From: Polyangiales bacterium
GTDB taxonomy: Bacteria > Myxococcota_A > Polyangia > Polyangiales > Houyiibacteriaceae
Direction of reading: 5' to 3'
DNA length: 49,274 nt
Assembly: GCA_045106895.1 (NCBI GenBank)
Contig: JBGCFM010000063.1
Location: 1 to 49,274, forward strand
The translations under genes were made by a program, and so were the position numbers. Positions 1 through 9,293 of this stretch are shown one piece after another. The notes beneath the pieces were generated by a model. The model saw only the letters and a program-made list of their open reading frames with translations, had not been told where the DNA came from and ran no database searches. How positions within the stretch are numbered: the stretch's first letter is position 1; each line of letters starts with the position of its first letter.

Positions 1-313
1 AGAACAGTTTCGTCATGTAGTCATCAGCACCGAGGTCGAGGCCGAGCACTTCATCGATCTCCGAGTCGCGCGAAGTGAGCAAGAGAATCGGAAGCTGCGA
101 ATCGGCCTCTCGCAAGGTCCGGCAGAGTGTAAATCCGTCCATAAACGGCATGTTCACGTCACTGACGACGGCGTGGACCACCTCCGCCGCGACAACCTGA
201 AGAGCCTCTTCGCCGTGACTCGCGTGGACGACTTCGAACCCTGCGTCCTCAAGTGCGCCGGACACGGACTGCCGAAAGGCCTCATCGTCATCCACGAGCA
301 AAAGCGACGTCAT
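1..313 (-). CDS. OmpR/PhoB-like response regulator, N-terminal receiver domain (runs off the window start; not in ORF track)
   Basis: Hand translation from ATG 313: MTSLLLVDDDEAFRQ...VVSDVNMPFMDGFTLC...PILLLTSRDSEIDEVLGLDLGADDYMTKLF. Receiver motifs DD, D-x-x-MP-x-x-DG, LT and GADDY-x-x-K are present. Confidence 0.9.
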   Translation of the reverse strand, partial: MTSLLLVDDDEAFRQSVSGALEDAGFEVVHASHGEEALQVVAAEVVHAVVSDVNMPFMDGFTLCRTLREADSQLPILLLTSRDSEIDEVLGLDLGADDYMTKLF

Positions 314-405
314 CGCGGGACTACACCACATCTGTGGGCCTCACCTAGGGGTTTTCGTGCCCTACGGCGTTCACAGCAGCACTAGCGGCGCCGCCCAAGG
401 CCCGC

Positions 406-411
406 TATAAG
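406..411 (+). promoter_or_regulatory. Putative -10 box (TATAAG) for the riboswitch-thiC transcript
   Basis: TATAAG lies about 7 nt upstream of the riboswitch P1 5' strand. Confidence 0.45.
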
Positions 412-417
412 GTCTCC

Positions 418-496
418 ACGCGCAGGGCGTTCGGGCGACCGAGCTGAGATGTACCTGTTGAACCTGATCCGGCTCATACCGGCGTAGGGAACGCGA
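418..496 (+). ncRNA. TPP (THI-box) riboswitch aptamer
   Basis: Hallmarks GCTGAGA (443-449), TACCTG, GAACCTGATCCGG-CTCATA-CCGGCGTAGGGAA directly upstream of thiC. Confidence 0.96.
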
Positions 497-538
497 TTCC
501 GCTCTTTTGCGGGCGCGTTCCATCCACACGAGGAACGC

Positions 539-2320
539 ATGACCGCAACGAACGACCTTCCCTACACGCTCCCCCTTCACGGCGCGACGAACCCCAGCCA
601 CGACGCTTCGGGGACGAACCCTGGCTCCTTCGCGTTGAAGTCGCAGGTGGGCGGCGCGCTGACCTACGCATCGCCGGACACGCCGGGCATGCCTCAGCCG
701 AGCGCCAAGACCGCGTGGGACTTCCTCCCCGAGGGCTGGACACGCGACGGTGAGTTCGCCACGGCGCCCGAGGGCTTCGTCCCAGTCACGCAACTCGAGA
801 GCGCGCGCCTCGGCATCGTCACGCCGGCGATGAAGCGCGTCGCAGAGCGCGAGCCCCATCTCACGGCGGAGCAGGTTCGCGACGAAATCGCCAGCGGTCG
901 AATGATCCTTCCCGCGAACGTCGTGCACCTCAAGCACAAGCTCGACCCCATGGTTATCGGTCGCGCGTCGCTGACGAAGGTCAACGCCAACATGGGTGCG
1001 TCTCCGGTCTCCTCCGGCACCGACGAAGAAGTGGAAAAGCTAAAGTGGGCCGAGCAGTGGGGCGGCGACACGGTCATGGACCTCTCCACCGGCGGTGACC
1101 TCGACGCGACACGCCAGGCCATCCTGACAAACTCCTCTGTGCCCATCGGAACGGTGCCGATCTACTCGATGATCATCGGCAAGAAGATCGAAGACCTCAC
1201 CATCGAGGACATCCTGAGCATGCTGGAGCACCAGGCCAAACAGGGCGTGGACTACTTCACGATTCACGCCGGCGTGCTTCAAGAGCACCTTCCGCTCGTA
1301 CGCAAGCGCCTCATCGGCATCGTCAGCCGTGGTGGCTCGCTCCTCGCGAAGTGGATGATCACCCACGACAAGCAGAACCCCATGTACACGCACTTCGAAG
1401 CGATTTGCGCCATCATGCGTGAGTACGATGTGTCGTTCTCCTTGGGCGACGGTCTGCGCCCCGGCGGTCTCGCCGATGCGTCCGACGAAGCCCAGCTCGC
1501 GGAGCTGGCGACACTTGGCGAGCTGACCGAGCGCGCGTGGCGCATGGGCGTTCAGGTGATGGTCGAAGGTCCAGGCCACGTCCCCTTCGACCAGATCGAA
1601 TACAACATGAAGCTCCAGCGCCAGCTCTGTCATGGCGCGCCCTTCTACGTGCTTGGCCCCTTGGTCACGGATGTGTTCCCTGGCTACGACCACATCACTA
1701 GCTGCATCGGCGCAACGGCGGCGGCCTACCACGGCGCGAGCATGCTCTGCTACGTGACGCCCAAAGAGCACCTCGGCTTGCCAAAGCGGGACGACGTGAA
1801 GCAGGGCTGCATCGCCTACAAGATCGCAGCCCACGCCGCGGACATCGCCCTCGGGATCCCGGGCACCCGCGACTGGGACGATGACCTCACGCGCGCCCGC
1901 GCGGCGCTGAACTGGGAGAAGCACTTTGAGCTCGCCTTCGACACGGACACCGCACGAGCGTTCCACGACGAAGACCTCGACGTGGATACGGACTTCTGCG
2001 CGATGTGCGGTCACGACTGGTGCTCCGTGCGAATTTCCAAGGAGATCGTCGAGTTTGCGAGCGGCAAGGCCGAGGGCTTCGTGCGCGAGCGCGTGATGAA
2101 ATCACCAGCCCTCACCCCAGAGCAGCAGGCGATCCTTGAGCAGCGTGGACACCTCAGCCCCGAGGAGATCCACCGCATGGCCGGAAAGACCGCGTTTGTT
2201 GTCGGCGCAAGCGAAGGCAAGGCATCCTGTCACAGCGACGTAGCCGAGGCGGAAAGTGCGCAGCACATTCAGAGCCAAAAGCTGGTACAAGTCGGACGGA
2301 AGCCCCAAAAGCGGGCATAA
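539..2320 (+). CDS. thiC: Phosphomethylpyrimidine synthase ThiC
   Basis: Motifs [62 protein letters not shown] and the Fe-S motif CAMCGHDWC (CX2CX4C). SD GAGGA and a TPP riboswitch lie upstream. Confidence 0.98.
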   Translation: MTATNDLPYTLPLHGATNPSHDASGTNPGSFALKSQVGGALTYASPDTPGMPQPSAKTAWDFLPEGWTRDGEFATAPEGFVPVTQLESARLGIVTPAMKRVAEREPHLTAEQVRDEIASGRMILPANVVHLKHKLDPMVIGRASLTKVNANMGASPVSSGTDEEVEKLKWAEQWGGDTVMDLSTGGDLDATRQAILTNSSVPIGTVPIYSMIIGKKIEDLTIEDILSMLEHQAKQGVDYFTIHAGVLQEHLPLVRKRLIGIVSRGGSLLAKWMITHDKQNPMYTHFEAICAIMREYDVSFSLGDGLRPGGLADASDEAQLAELATLGELTERAWRMGVQVMVEGPGHVPFDQIEYNMKLQRQLCHGAPFYVLGPLVTDVFPGYDHITSCIGATAAAYHGASMLCYVTPKEHLGLPKRDDVKQGCIAYKIAAHAADIALGIPGTRDWDDDLTRARAALNWEKHFELAFDTDTARAFHDEDLDVDTDFCAMCGHDWCSVRISKEIVEFASGKAEGFVRERVMKSPALTPEQQAILEQRGHLSPEEIHRMAGKTAFVVGASEGKASCHSDVAEAESAQHIQSQKLVQVGRKPQKRA

Positions 2321-2333
2321 GGAGATTATTAGA

Positions 2334-2723
2334 ATGACGAAGCACTTCTTAGGCGCGTTTCTTTGCGCTCTCGGACTCACCATCGCCTGCGGCGGCGGCG
2401 GCGGAAACGCCTCCGACAGCGACGACCAGCACGATGAGCACTCCGGCGGCGAGGCAGTAGACCTCTCGGCGTTCGAAGGACCCATCTCCGGCGACGCTGC
2501 TGCCGGCGAGACCGTATTCGCCAACTTCTGCGAAGGTTGCCACCCTGGCGGCCACGAAGGCGTCGGCGACGACCTGCACACCAGCGGCGACTCCGCTGCT
2601 GAGGCGCGCATGATCATCCGCCAGGGCGCTGGCCGCATGCCTGCCTTTGGCACGGACACCATCGGCGACGAGGATCTTGAGAACCTCATGGCCCACCTTC
2701 AGACCTACGGCATGTTCCAGTAG
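2334..2723 (+). CDS. Monoheme class I cytochrome c lipoprotein
   Basis: SD AAGGAG before ATG 2334; signal peptide with lipobox LTIAC; CEGCH heme motif; distal Met in MPAF. Confidence 0.88.
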   Translation: MTKHFLGAFLCALGLTIACGGGGGNASDSDDQHDEHSGGEAVDLSAFEGPISGDAAAGETVFANFCEGCHPGGHEGVGDDLHTSGDSAAEARMIIRQGAGRMPAFGTDTIGDEDLENLMAHLQTYGMFQ

Positions 2724-2742
2724 CTCTGACCTGAGATCGAGC

Positions 2743-2770
2743 AAAGGCGCGGCTTCGGCTGCGCCTTTTG
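2743..2770 (+). terminator. Rho-independent terminator
   Basis: AAAGGCGCGGC-TTCG-GCTGCGCCTTTT hairpin with a cUUCGg loop and T-tract, right after the cytochrome gene. Confidence 0.85.
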
Positions 2771-2844
2771 TCGTTAAGCGGAGAGCTTCGTCTTCGTCTT
2801 CCTCTTTGTTATCCCAATCTCTAAACGCTATGGTAGCACCTACA

Positions 2845-3459
2845 ATGAGCCAACGAACGCAGTGTTTGTTCCTACTGACCATACTCGGTGGGTGCAGCTG
2901 CGAACCGGTATCTCTCGGCGGACGAGACGGCGGAGTCCCCGATAGCGGCGGGTGCCCCGAAGAACAGCGCGAGTGCGACGGCGTGTGCACTGAGATTCGC
3001 AGCGACGCAATGAACTGCGGCGCTTGTGGCAACGTCTGCGCGTCGAACGAAGACTGCCTGGGTGGACTTTGCTTGGCGGACTTGCCGCTCGAGTTCATCC
3101 TCGAGTGGGATACGCGAGGAGACGTCGACCTTCATGTCGTGCGTCCAGACGGCGTCTTGATCTACTACGCCAGGCAACGTGGCCCATTGGACAGTGGTGG
3201 GTTCAGCGGAGAACTCGACGTGGACGACACCAGCGGCACAGGGCCCGAGCGCATCTCCTTCGTCGATCCCGAAGCCGGCGAGTACCTCGTCTGCGTCAAC
3301 AACTTCGGCGGAGTGGATGAAACCACATCCTGGAACGTCACCATTCGCGAGGATGATGTCATCGTCGACATGCTCAGCGGCACAGCGGGCCCTCGATCCA
3401 CGACCTTCGAGTGTTCGGACATGAGTCCAGACGCCTACGCCCACACCTATTCGCCCTGA
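2845..3459 (+). CDS. Lipoprotein with a myxobacterial Cys-rich module and a YfaP/DUF2135-like domain
   Basis: Lipobox ILGGC; CDGVC..SDAMNCGACGNVC; LEWDTRGDVDLHV..PDG and LDVDDTSGTGPERI motifs. Start refined to ATG 2845. Confidence 0.75.
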   Translation: MSQRTQCLFLLTILGGCSCEPVSLGGRDGGVPDSGGCPEEQRECDGVCTEIRSDAMNCGACGNVCASNEDCLGGLCLADLPLEFILEWDTRGDVDLHVVRPDGVLIYYARQRGPLDSGGFSGELDVDDTSGTGPERISFVDPEAGEYLVCVNNFGGVDETTSWNVTIREDDVIVDMLSGTAGPRSTTFECSDMSPDAYAHTYSP

Positions 3460-3526
3460 GTCTGCTCAGAACCCTGAAGAGACGGGTCCTTCCGTTTCTG
3501 TGAATCGCGCACTAGCATGGCTCGCG

Positions 3527-5194
3527 ATGGGGGCGCTCAATACGAGCGGCGCGGAGGGCGCCGACAAAACGTCCGTCGGGCGCTACCGGGTGATCGGGCG
3601 CCTCGCCAAAGGCGGAATGGCTGAGGTCTTGATGGGCGCTCTCGACGGCGCCCTGGGTGTCTCGCGCGCCGTCGTCATCAAGCGCGTTCTTCCTCACCTT
3701 GCGGAGGAGGCCGAGTTTCGGGCGATGTTCTTGGATGAAGCCAAGCTCGTGGCGGGGCTGCGTCATCCCAACGTCGTCAGCGTGCTCGAGCTCGGCGAAG
3801 ACGACGGGGTGCTCTTTCTCGTCATGGAGTACCTCCAGGGCGAAGGCCTCGATGAGCTCAGCAGTCGCGTGCTGCATCAAGACACCGTCCTCGAACCGCG
3901 CCTCGCCGCCTTCGTGGTGGCGGAAGCGTGCGCGGGCCTTCACGCCGCACATACGCACACCGCGCCGGGCGGTGAGCCGCTCAACATCATTCATCGCGAT
4001 GTGAGCCCCCACAACATCTTCCTAGGTTATGACGGGCACGTGAAGCTCATCGACTTTGGCATCGCCCAGTCGAGTGTTCAGGACGCCAAGACACAGACCG
4101 GCGTGGTCAAAGGCAAACTCTCGTACATGGCGCCGGAGCAGCTAGACCGCCGCCCCCTCGACCACCGCGTTGACGTTTTCGCCCTCGGCGTTGTCCTGTG
4201 GGAGCTACTGACCGGCCAGCGGCTCTTCAAGCGAGGTAGCCCCATGGAGACGGTCCGGGCCATCTGCTTCGACCCAATCCCGGGTCCCCTCGATGTCCGC
4301 GACGACGTGCCCGTTTACCTTGATGGCATCTGCCGGTGCGCCCTCTCCAGGCAACCGGACCACCGCTACGAGAACGCCGCTGCGATGCGCGCCGACCTGC
4401 TGAAGTGTATTCGCTCTCTGAACCAGACGGGCAACGAGCGAGAAGAACTCGCCCGCTTACTCCAGCAAGAATTCTCCGAGAACCGCAAAGAGAAGCGGCA
4501 GATGATTCGCTCCATCGAGTCGGGGGGAGATACGCTCATCGCGACCAAGGACGCGACGCAGTCCTTGACTCCGCCCTCTCTCAGCGGCGCGCGAGTCAGC
4601 CGATCGAGACCGCCAAGCGTCGCGCCTGCGCAGAGTCCGCCTGCACAAAGTCCTCCGCCCAAGAGCTCTCGGCCGGCGTGGCAAAAGCAGGCGTTGGTCT
4701 TTGCCGCAGTCGCTATCGCGACTCTGGTGTTGGCACTTGTCTTCACCTCACCTTCCATCGCGCGCATCGTCAAAGACGCCCCTGACCCTGCGATTCCACC
4801 GGTGGTGCTTCACCTCACGAGCTCTCCCCCCGGCGCCGCCGTAGACATCGAAGGGGAAGCCCAAGGCCGAACGCCACTGGATCTCTTCATCGAACACAGC
4901 ACGGAGACTCGCTCACTGACCTTGATGCTGGAAGGCTACGTGACGGCGACTCGGACATTTGTGCCTGACAGCACCCTTCGCATGGAAGTCGCGCTGGAGG
5001 CGACTGCGGCGCCGGAGCCTGTGGCGAGACCTGAGACAAGCGTGGGAATGCGCGTAGCGTCGATGTCCACAGCGACTCGTCCGACGATGGCGACTCGTCC
5101 GACGATGGCGACTCGTCCGACGATGGCGACTCGTCCGACGATGGCGACGGCAATGACGACCGCGCCCTCGATGCGCATCTTTCGCGTCGACTGA
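3527..5194 (+). CDS. Hanks-type Ser/Thr protein kinase with TM helix, PEGA domain and Met-rich tail
   Basis: LAKGGMAEV, VIKR, HRDVSPHN, DFG, GKLSYMAPE, DVFALG; TM ALVFAAVAIATLVLALVF; PEGA signature SSPPGAAVDIEG..GRTPL. Confidence 0.95.
   Translation: MGALNTSGAEGADKTSVGRYRVIGRLAKGGMAEVLMGALDGALGVSRAVVIKRVLPHLAEEAEFRAMFLDEAKLVAGLRHPNVVSVLELGEDDGVLFLVMEYLQGEGLDELSSRVLHQDTVLEPRLAAFVVAEACAGLHAAHTHTAPGGEPLNIIHRDVSPHNIFLGYDGHVKLIDFGIAQSSVQDAKTQTGVVKGKLSYMAPEQLDRRPLDHRVDVFALGVVLWELLTGQRLFKRGSPMETVRAICFDPIPGPLDVRDDVPVYLDGICRCALSRQPDHRYENAAAMRADLLKCIRSLNQTGNEREELARLLQQEFSENRKEKRQMIRSIESGGDTLIATKDATQSLTPPSLSGARVSRSRPPSVAPAQSPPAQSPPPKSSRPAWQKQALVFAAVAIATLVLALVFTSPSIARIVKDAPDPAIPPVVLHLTSSPPGAAVDIEGEAQGRTPLDLFIEHSTETRSLTLMLEGYVTATRTFVPDSTLRMEVALEATAAPEPVARPETSVGMRVASMSTATRPTMATRPTMATRPTMATRPTMATAMTTAPSMRIFRVD
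5072..5148 (+). repeat. 18-bp perfect tandem repeat GCGACTCGTCCGACGATG x4 plus a partial copy, encoding (ATRPTM)4
   Basis: Four identical units at 5072, 5090, 5108 and 5126. Confidence 0.95.
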
Positions 5195-5214
5195 GAAGAG
5201 CGCGGAAAGAGGCC

Positions 5215-5952
5215 CTAGAACGCGCCGTGGAGCGCGACCCCTGTAGGAGCGAGCCGAAGCGAGACCTCCGCCTCGTCGTCGTCGCCGCTCACCAGTTTCA
5301 CCACCAACCACGTAACCCCGGCGGCCAGCGCCGCGCCACCGAGGGCCAAGAGGACATTGGTGCTTCGAGCGAGGCGTGCCGCGCGTTGGTTCTCCGCGTC
5401 CGCGTCGCGTTGGCTCGTTGCAGCGTTCACCGCGGTGTCGTGGGCGTTCGTTCCCGCGATGCCCGTTGCGACGCCGGCGGCGCTCAGCGCAAGTCCACCA
5501 CCGATGAGCACCATCGGACCGACCAGCGATGGGCCGCTCGATTCCGGTTCTGGAGCGACGACGGGAGGCTCGGGCTCGGGCTCGGGCTCGGGCTCTGGTT
5601 CAGGCTCGACGAGGTCACGCGCGTGCCGCGCACGCAGGTTTCGAATGCGCGTCTCGATAACGTCCCGGTCGTCCGCGTCCGGGGCCTCGTCAAGGAAGCG
5701 AGCGTACACGTCCGCCGCGTCCCCAAAACGACCCAAGAGCTCCAGAGTGCGCGCGTGGTTGTAGCTAAGGTCCGGCAGCGGCTCGAGAGCGTGGGCCTGG
5801 GCGAAGAGCTGCTCCGCCTCCTCGTAATTCGCGAGACGGTAGGCGGCGAGACCTTGCTCAAAGAGCGCGACTACTTCGTCTGACTGAGCCCGGGCGGATG
5901 AACACGAGGCGAGCAGCGCGAGCATCACGATAGTGGGGACAACGTTCATCAT
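5215..5952 (-). CDS. Secreted TPR protein with EP linker, hydrophobic C-terminal segments and terminal Phe
   Basis: Signal peptide; TPR helices LFEQGLAAYRLANYEEAEQLF and YNHARTLELLGRFGDAADVY; ends VSLRLAPTGVALHGAF. Its ATG overlaps the upstream stop (ATGA 5952-5949). Confidence 0.85.
   Translation of the reverse strand: MMNVVPTIVMLALLASCSSARAQSDEVVALFEQGLAAYRLANYEEAEQLFAQAHALEPLPDLSYNHARTLELLGRFGDAADVYARFLDEAPDADDRDVIETRIRNLRARHARDLVEPEPEPEPEPEPEPPVVAPEPESSGPSLVGPMVLIGGGLALSAAGVATGIAGTNAHDTAVNAATSQRDADAENQRAARLARSTNVLLALGGAALAAGVTWLVVKLVSGDDDEAEVSLRLAPTGVALHGAF
5566..5608 (-). repeat. 6-bp tandem repeat encoding an (EP)n linker
   Basis: GGCTCG iterated on the + strand; the protein reads EPEPEPEPEPEPEP. 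Confidence 0.85.
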
Positions 5953-7430
5953 GGAAGCCGCAGCCATTGAGCCGAGGGCGAGCTCATCACAGGAGAAGTC
6001 TGAACTTCGGGAACGGGCTCGCCGTCGCCGGTCCGAATGATGATCCAGCCCGCTCCGCCCCCACCGCCGCCGGCGATGCGCAGAAAACCACCGGAACCGT
6101 CCGATGCTACGCCCATGGGACCGCTTCCGTCTCCCCCCGGTGCACCGAGTCCACCGCCGCCTCGCGCCCGCGTCTCCGCGACGCGGCCGTCCTCTCCGTC
6201 CTCCCCGGAAACCCCAGCGCGAGCGCCTGAGCCGCCGCCGCCTCCGTTCGCGCGAAGCTCAACACCCTCCGTCGCGACAATCGGTGCCTCGAAATAGAGG
6301 AGACCGCCGGCCCCACCTCCTGCGCCGGACGTCTCCCCCCCGGGGCCACCGCCGCCGCCGCCTGCCTCGAGCACGCCATCCAGGAAGATTGCGACGCGCG
6401 CGCTGAAATACAACGCGCCACCGCCGCCACCGCCGCGTGCGCCCTCCGATCCACCGCCGGCGCTCCCGCCGACGAAGCGGACCGAGTTAGCGCCGCCGCC
6501 TTCGCTGTAGCCCGAGCACACTGTGCCGCGGGTTCCGCCGTTGCCACCACGGCTTCCAAAACCGCCGCCGCCGCCGCCAGCGCCGCCACCATCGTAAGTT
6601 CCAGAGGGTCCTCCGCCGCCCTCTCCTTCGCCTTCCGCGCCGAGTCCACCACACGGGTCGGGACGCGGGCTCCCCATCGCGGACCCGCCGGGCCCAGGGA
6701 CGGGTCCACGTGCACCAAGGTCGACGCCTTCACGGATTCGAATGGTGTCGCTGGCGCGAATTCCGACTCCCCCGGGACCGTCGACGACAATCGTCTCCAC
6801 ATCGATAGCGCTGACATAGAGGACCACGTTTGCGTCGACGCTGGTGACGCCCTCCGTGACCGGCTCTCCGTCTAGTTCGACGGTCCGGCGACGGCTATCG
6901 ATGCGCAGCTCGCTGCCTTGCAGCACGGACCTAAACCGTGCCACGGGCGTAACGAACGACGGCGCGAAGTCGCATCCCCATCCGTTGTTCTCGCCGCATC
7001 CGGCGGCGCACTCGCCGAAGACCTCTTCGTCTCCGTTGCAGGTGGCGACGATATTGGCATCGACGCAGGAGGACCCCGTGACGACTTCTCCATCACGGCA
7101 GGAACGATGCTCCCCATCGGCGCAGGGCTCGCACCCGCTCAGGCCGGTCATCCCGCAGAAACAGCCCGCGACATCCGGCGCGGCGACGACGTCCGGCGTG
7201 AACGCGTCAACGACGATCATCGGCTCCGTATCGGGGACGTCTGACATGCCCTGGACATCGGGAGGCACGTCCACGTCCGGCGTTCCGCTATCGCCGGCGC
7301 CTACGTCCGGCGTGTAGCAGCGCCCGTCGATTTCCGTGTACCCGTCAAGGCAGGGGCCAGGCCTGCCTTCGAGGCCCGCTGGGTCGAAACTACAACCCAA
7401 ACAGAAGAGAAGCGCACCTCGCCAAGACAT
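5949..7430 (-). CDS. Cys- and Gly-rich surface lipoprotein (myxobacterial type)
   Basis: Lipobox CLGC; Cys-rich N-terminal half; repeated GGGGGG.GG.(L/I) motifs in the C-terminal half. Confidence 0.8.
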   Translation of the reverse strand: MSWRGALLFCLGCSFDPAGLEGRPGPCLDGYTEIDGRCYTPDVGAGDSGTPDVDVPPDVQGMSDVPDTEPMIVVDAFTPDVVAAPDVAGCFCGMTGLSGCEPCADGEHRSCRDGEVVTGSSCVDANIVATCNGDEEVFGECAAGCGENNGWGCDFAPSFVTPVARFRSVLQGSELRIDSRRRTVELDGEPVTEGVTSVDANVVLYVSAIDVETIVVDGPGGVGIRASDTIRIREGVDLGARGPVPGPGGSAMGSPRPDPCGGLGAEGEGEGGGGPSGTYDGGGAGGGGGGFGSRGGNGGTRGTVCSGYSEGGGANSVRFVGGSAGGGSEGARGGGGGGALYFSARVAIFLDGVLEAGGGGGGPGGETSGAGGGAGGLLYFEAPIVATEGVELRANGGGGGSGARAGVSGEDGEDGRVAETRARGGGGLGAPGGDGSGPMGVASDGSGGFLRIAGGGGGGAGWIIIRTGDGEPVPEVQTSPVMSSPSAQWLRLP

Positions 7431-7466
7431 GCCCCAAGCATACCAGCTGCGAGCTTGAAGCGGGCT

Positions 7467-8381
7467 CTACAGGCCGATCCAGCTGCGTGGGTCGAGGCTA
7501 CGGGTTCCTCGGCGTACTTCGAAGTACACGGGGCCATCACTGGCGCCGAGGGACTGCTGCGCATGTACGGACTGGCCAACGGCGACATCCGTGCGTCCAA
7601 GACCCGCGTAAACCGTGAAGAAGCTCTGCCCGTGGTCGACGACGACCATCGTGCCGTAAACGCCATAGCGTCGGGCAAAGGCGATGGTTCCTTCGGCGAC
7701 GGCGTTGACCGCACGGCCAGCAGGCACGCCGAACTCGAGGCCCGTACCGTCCTCCCGGCTCGCGTCTGTGATGTCGCCGCCTCCAGCAACGGGCATCGGC
7801 AAAGCGCCTCGCTGTTGCTGGAAGGAACGTGTGGGGCGACCTCGGAGGCGCATCCCGTATTGAGGCACGGGCGCGACGGGGAGCCGAGGCGTGTAGTTCG
7901 GGTCGAAGAAGGTGTTGAGACCGTGGTCCGGAGGCATCGCAGCTCTCGCGCTCGCGAGGGCGCGTTCGGCTTCGTCGTGCTCAGCGCGCGCCGTGGCCAA
8001 GCGGCTCTCGGCGATATTTGCTTCAACTCGGACGTCACGCCGCTCACTTAGTTCGCCTTCGAGCATTCGCTGCAGGCGATCCATGCGTCCCAAGTGGGAG
8101 AGCATGGCATCGAACCCTCCCGCCACGGGGAGCATGCCTGCACGCTGGAAGCGGTAGATGGTGCGAACGCGCCGAGCGACTTGGTCGTCGAGCTCCGTGA
8201 GGCGTCCCCGAAGCTCCTCGAGCGAACTCTCTTGAGCTTCGACGCTGGTGTTCGCGTCGTGAACACGCGCTTCCGCGGCGGCGGAGCCACTCGCTGGCGG
8301 AATGGCCGGCGCCCCGTATTGGGCAAACGCTGGGATTCCGACGAGGGCCAGGACCAGCGCGATGCGAAGTGAACGCTTCAT
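7467..8381 (-). CDS. envC: EnvC-like murein hydrolase activator (coiled coil + degenerate M23/LytM domain)
   Basis: Signal peptide and coiled coil; M23 motifs YGTMVVVDHG, TVYAGL and VYFEVR lack the Zn-ligand histidines; directly downstream of ftsEX. Confidence 0.8.
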   Translation of the reverse strand: MKRSLRIALVLALVGIPAFAQYGAPAIPPASGSAAAEARVHDANTSVEAQESSLEELRGRLTELDDQVARRVRTIYRFQRAGMLPVAGGFDAMLSHLGRMDRLQRMLEGELSERRDVRVEANIAESRLATARAEHDEAERALASARAAMPPDHGLNTFFDPNYTPRLPVAPVPQYGMRLRGRPTRSFQQQRGALPMPVAGGGDITDASREDGTGLEFGVPAGRAVNAVAEGTIAFARRYGVYGTMVVVDHGQSFFTVYAGLGRTDVAVGQSVHAQQSLGASDGPVYFEVRRGTRSLDPRSWIGL

Positions 8382-8399
8382 CTTAATTCGTTCCCATGT

Positions 8400-9293
8400 T
8401 CAGACAGCGAGGTAGCGACGAAGGGAAAGCGCGGAACCCAGCGCTCCGACGAGACCCCCGCCCACTACAAGGGCGACGAGCACCCAAGGCGCCAAGAATC
8501 GAGCCTGAATGCCCGTAAGCGCCGCGACGCTTCCGTCTACGTGGTGTTGAACAACCAAAAAGGAGATCACCAAGACGATGACCGCTAACACCGCCGCGGC
8601 GAGGCCTTGGAAGGTCCCTTCCAGCACAAATGGGCTGCGAACGAATCGGTCGGTGGCCCCGCAGAGCTTCATCACTTCGATCTCTCCGCGGCGTCGCGCG
8701 ATGGCGAGCCGAATCGTGTTGCCGATGACGGCGAACACGCAGAGGGCGACGAGGAGCGCCAAGATGCCGGCGACGCCGCGCCCTGCAGAGACCAGCGAGT
8801 TGAGCCGGTCGAAGAAACCTCGGTAGGTCTCGACATCGCTCACCGCGCGGAACTCGCCAACACGGCTCGCAATGGCGGCACTGCGCTGGACCGGTGTGCC
8901 GGCAGCGAGGGCGACCTCAAGGGATGCCGGGAAAGCGTCCGCGGGGAGGCCGGAGAGCTCCGAGGCCATCTGCGCGTCGTTCATGAAGGCAGCTCGCGCG
9001 GCTTCGGCGCTGATCAGCTCAACGCCCGACACCTCTGGTAGGCCCTCGAGGACCGTGTGCAGCTGCGTAACGTCCGTCGCGGCCGCTCCGTCGGCGAGGT
9101 AGATGCTCATTCGGCCACTCTGTCCCCATCGCTCCGCCATCGCGCCAAGGTTCGCGTCGAAGAGAAGCGCGCCTCCGACACACAGGAACGCGACCGCAAG
9201 GCTGCTGATCGCCACAAGATAGAGGCGCATCTCCTCGCGTAAGCCGCGCTTGGCGCGCGCAACAATGGTCTTCCAATCCGTCTCGGTGTTCAC
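8400..9293 (-). CDS. ftsX: Cell division permease FtsX
   Basis: IGNTIRLAIARRRGEIEVMKLCGATDRFVRSPFVLEG signature; four TM helices; GTG 9293 overlaps the ftsE stop (GTGA). Confidence 0.93.
   Translation of the reverse strand: MNTETDWKTIVARAKRGLREEMRLYLVAISSLAVAFLCVGGALLFDANLGAMAERWGQSGRMSIYLADGAAATDVTQLHTVLEGLPEVSGVELISAEAARAAFMNDAQMASELSGLPADAFPASLEVALAAGTPVQRSAAIASRVGEFRAVSDVETYRGFFDRLNSLVSAGRGVAGILALLVALCVFAVIGNTIRLAIARRRGEIEVMKLCGATDRFVRSPFVLEGTFQGLAAAVLAVIVLVISFLVVQHHVDGSVAALTGIQARFLAPWVLVALVVGGGLVGALGSALSLRRYLAV

Noticed and set aside
173..385. 70-aa + strand ORF
   Set aside because: Antisense shadow of the response regulator at 313-1.
5072..5148. Direct repeats as a possible CRISPR array
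   Set aside because: Units are contiguous with no spacers, only 18 bp long, in frame within the kinase gene, and no cas genes are present.
5949..7430. PE_PGRS or collagen-like assignment
   Set aside because: No PE domain and no Gly-X-Y periodicity; the similarity is compositional only.
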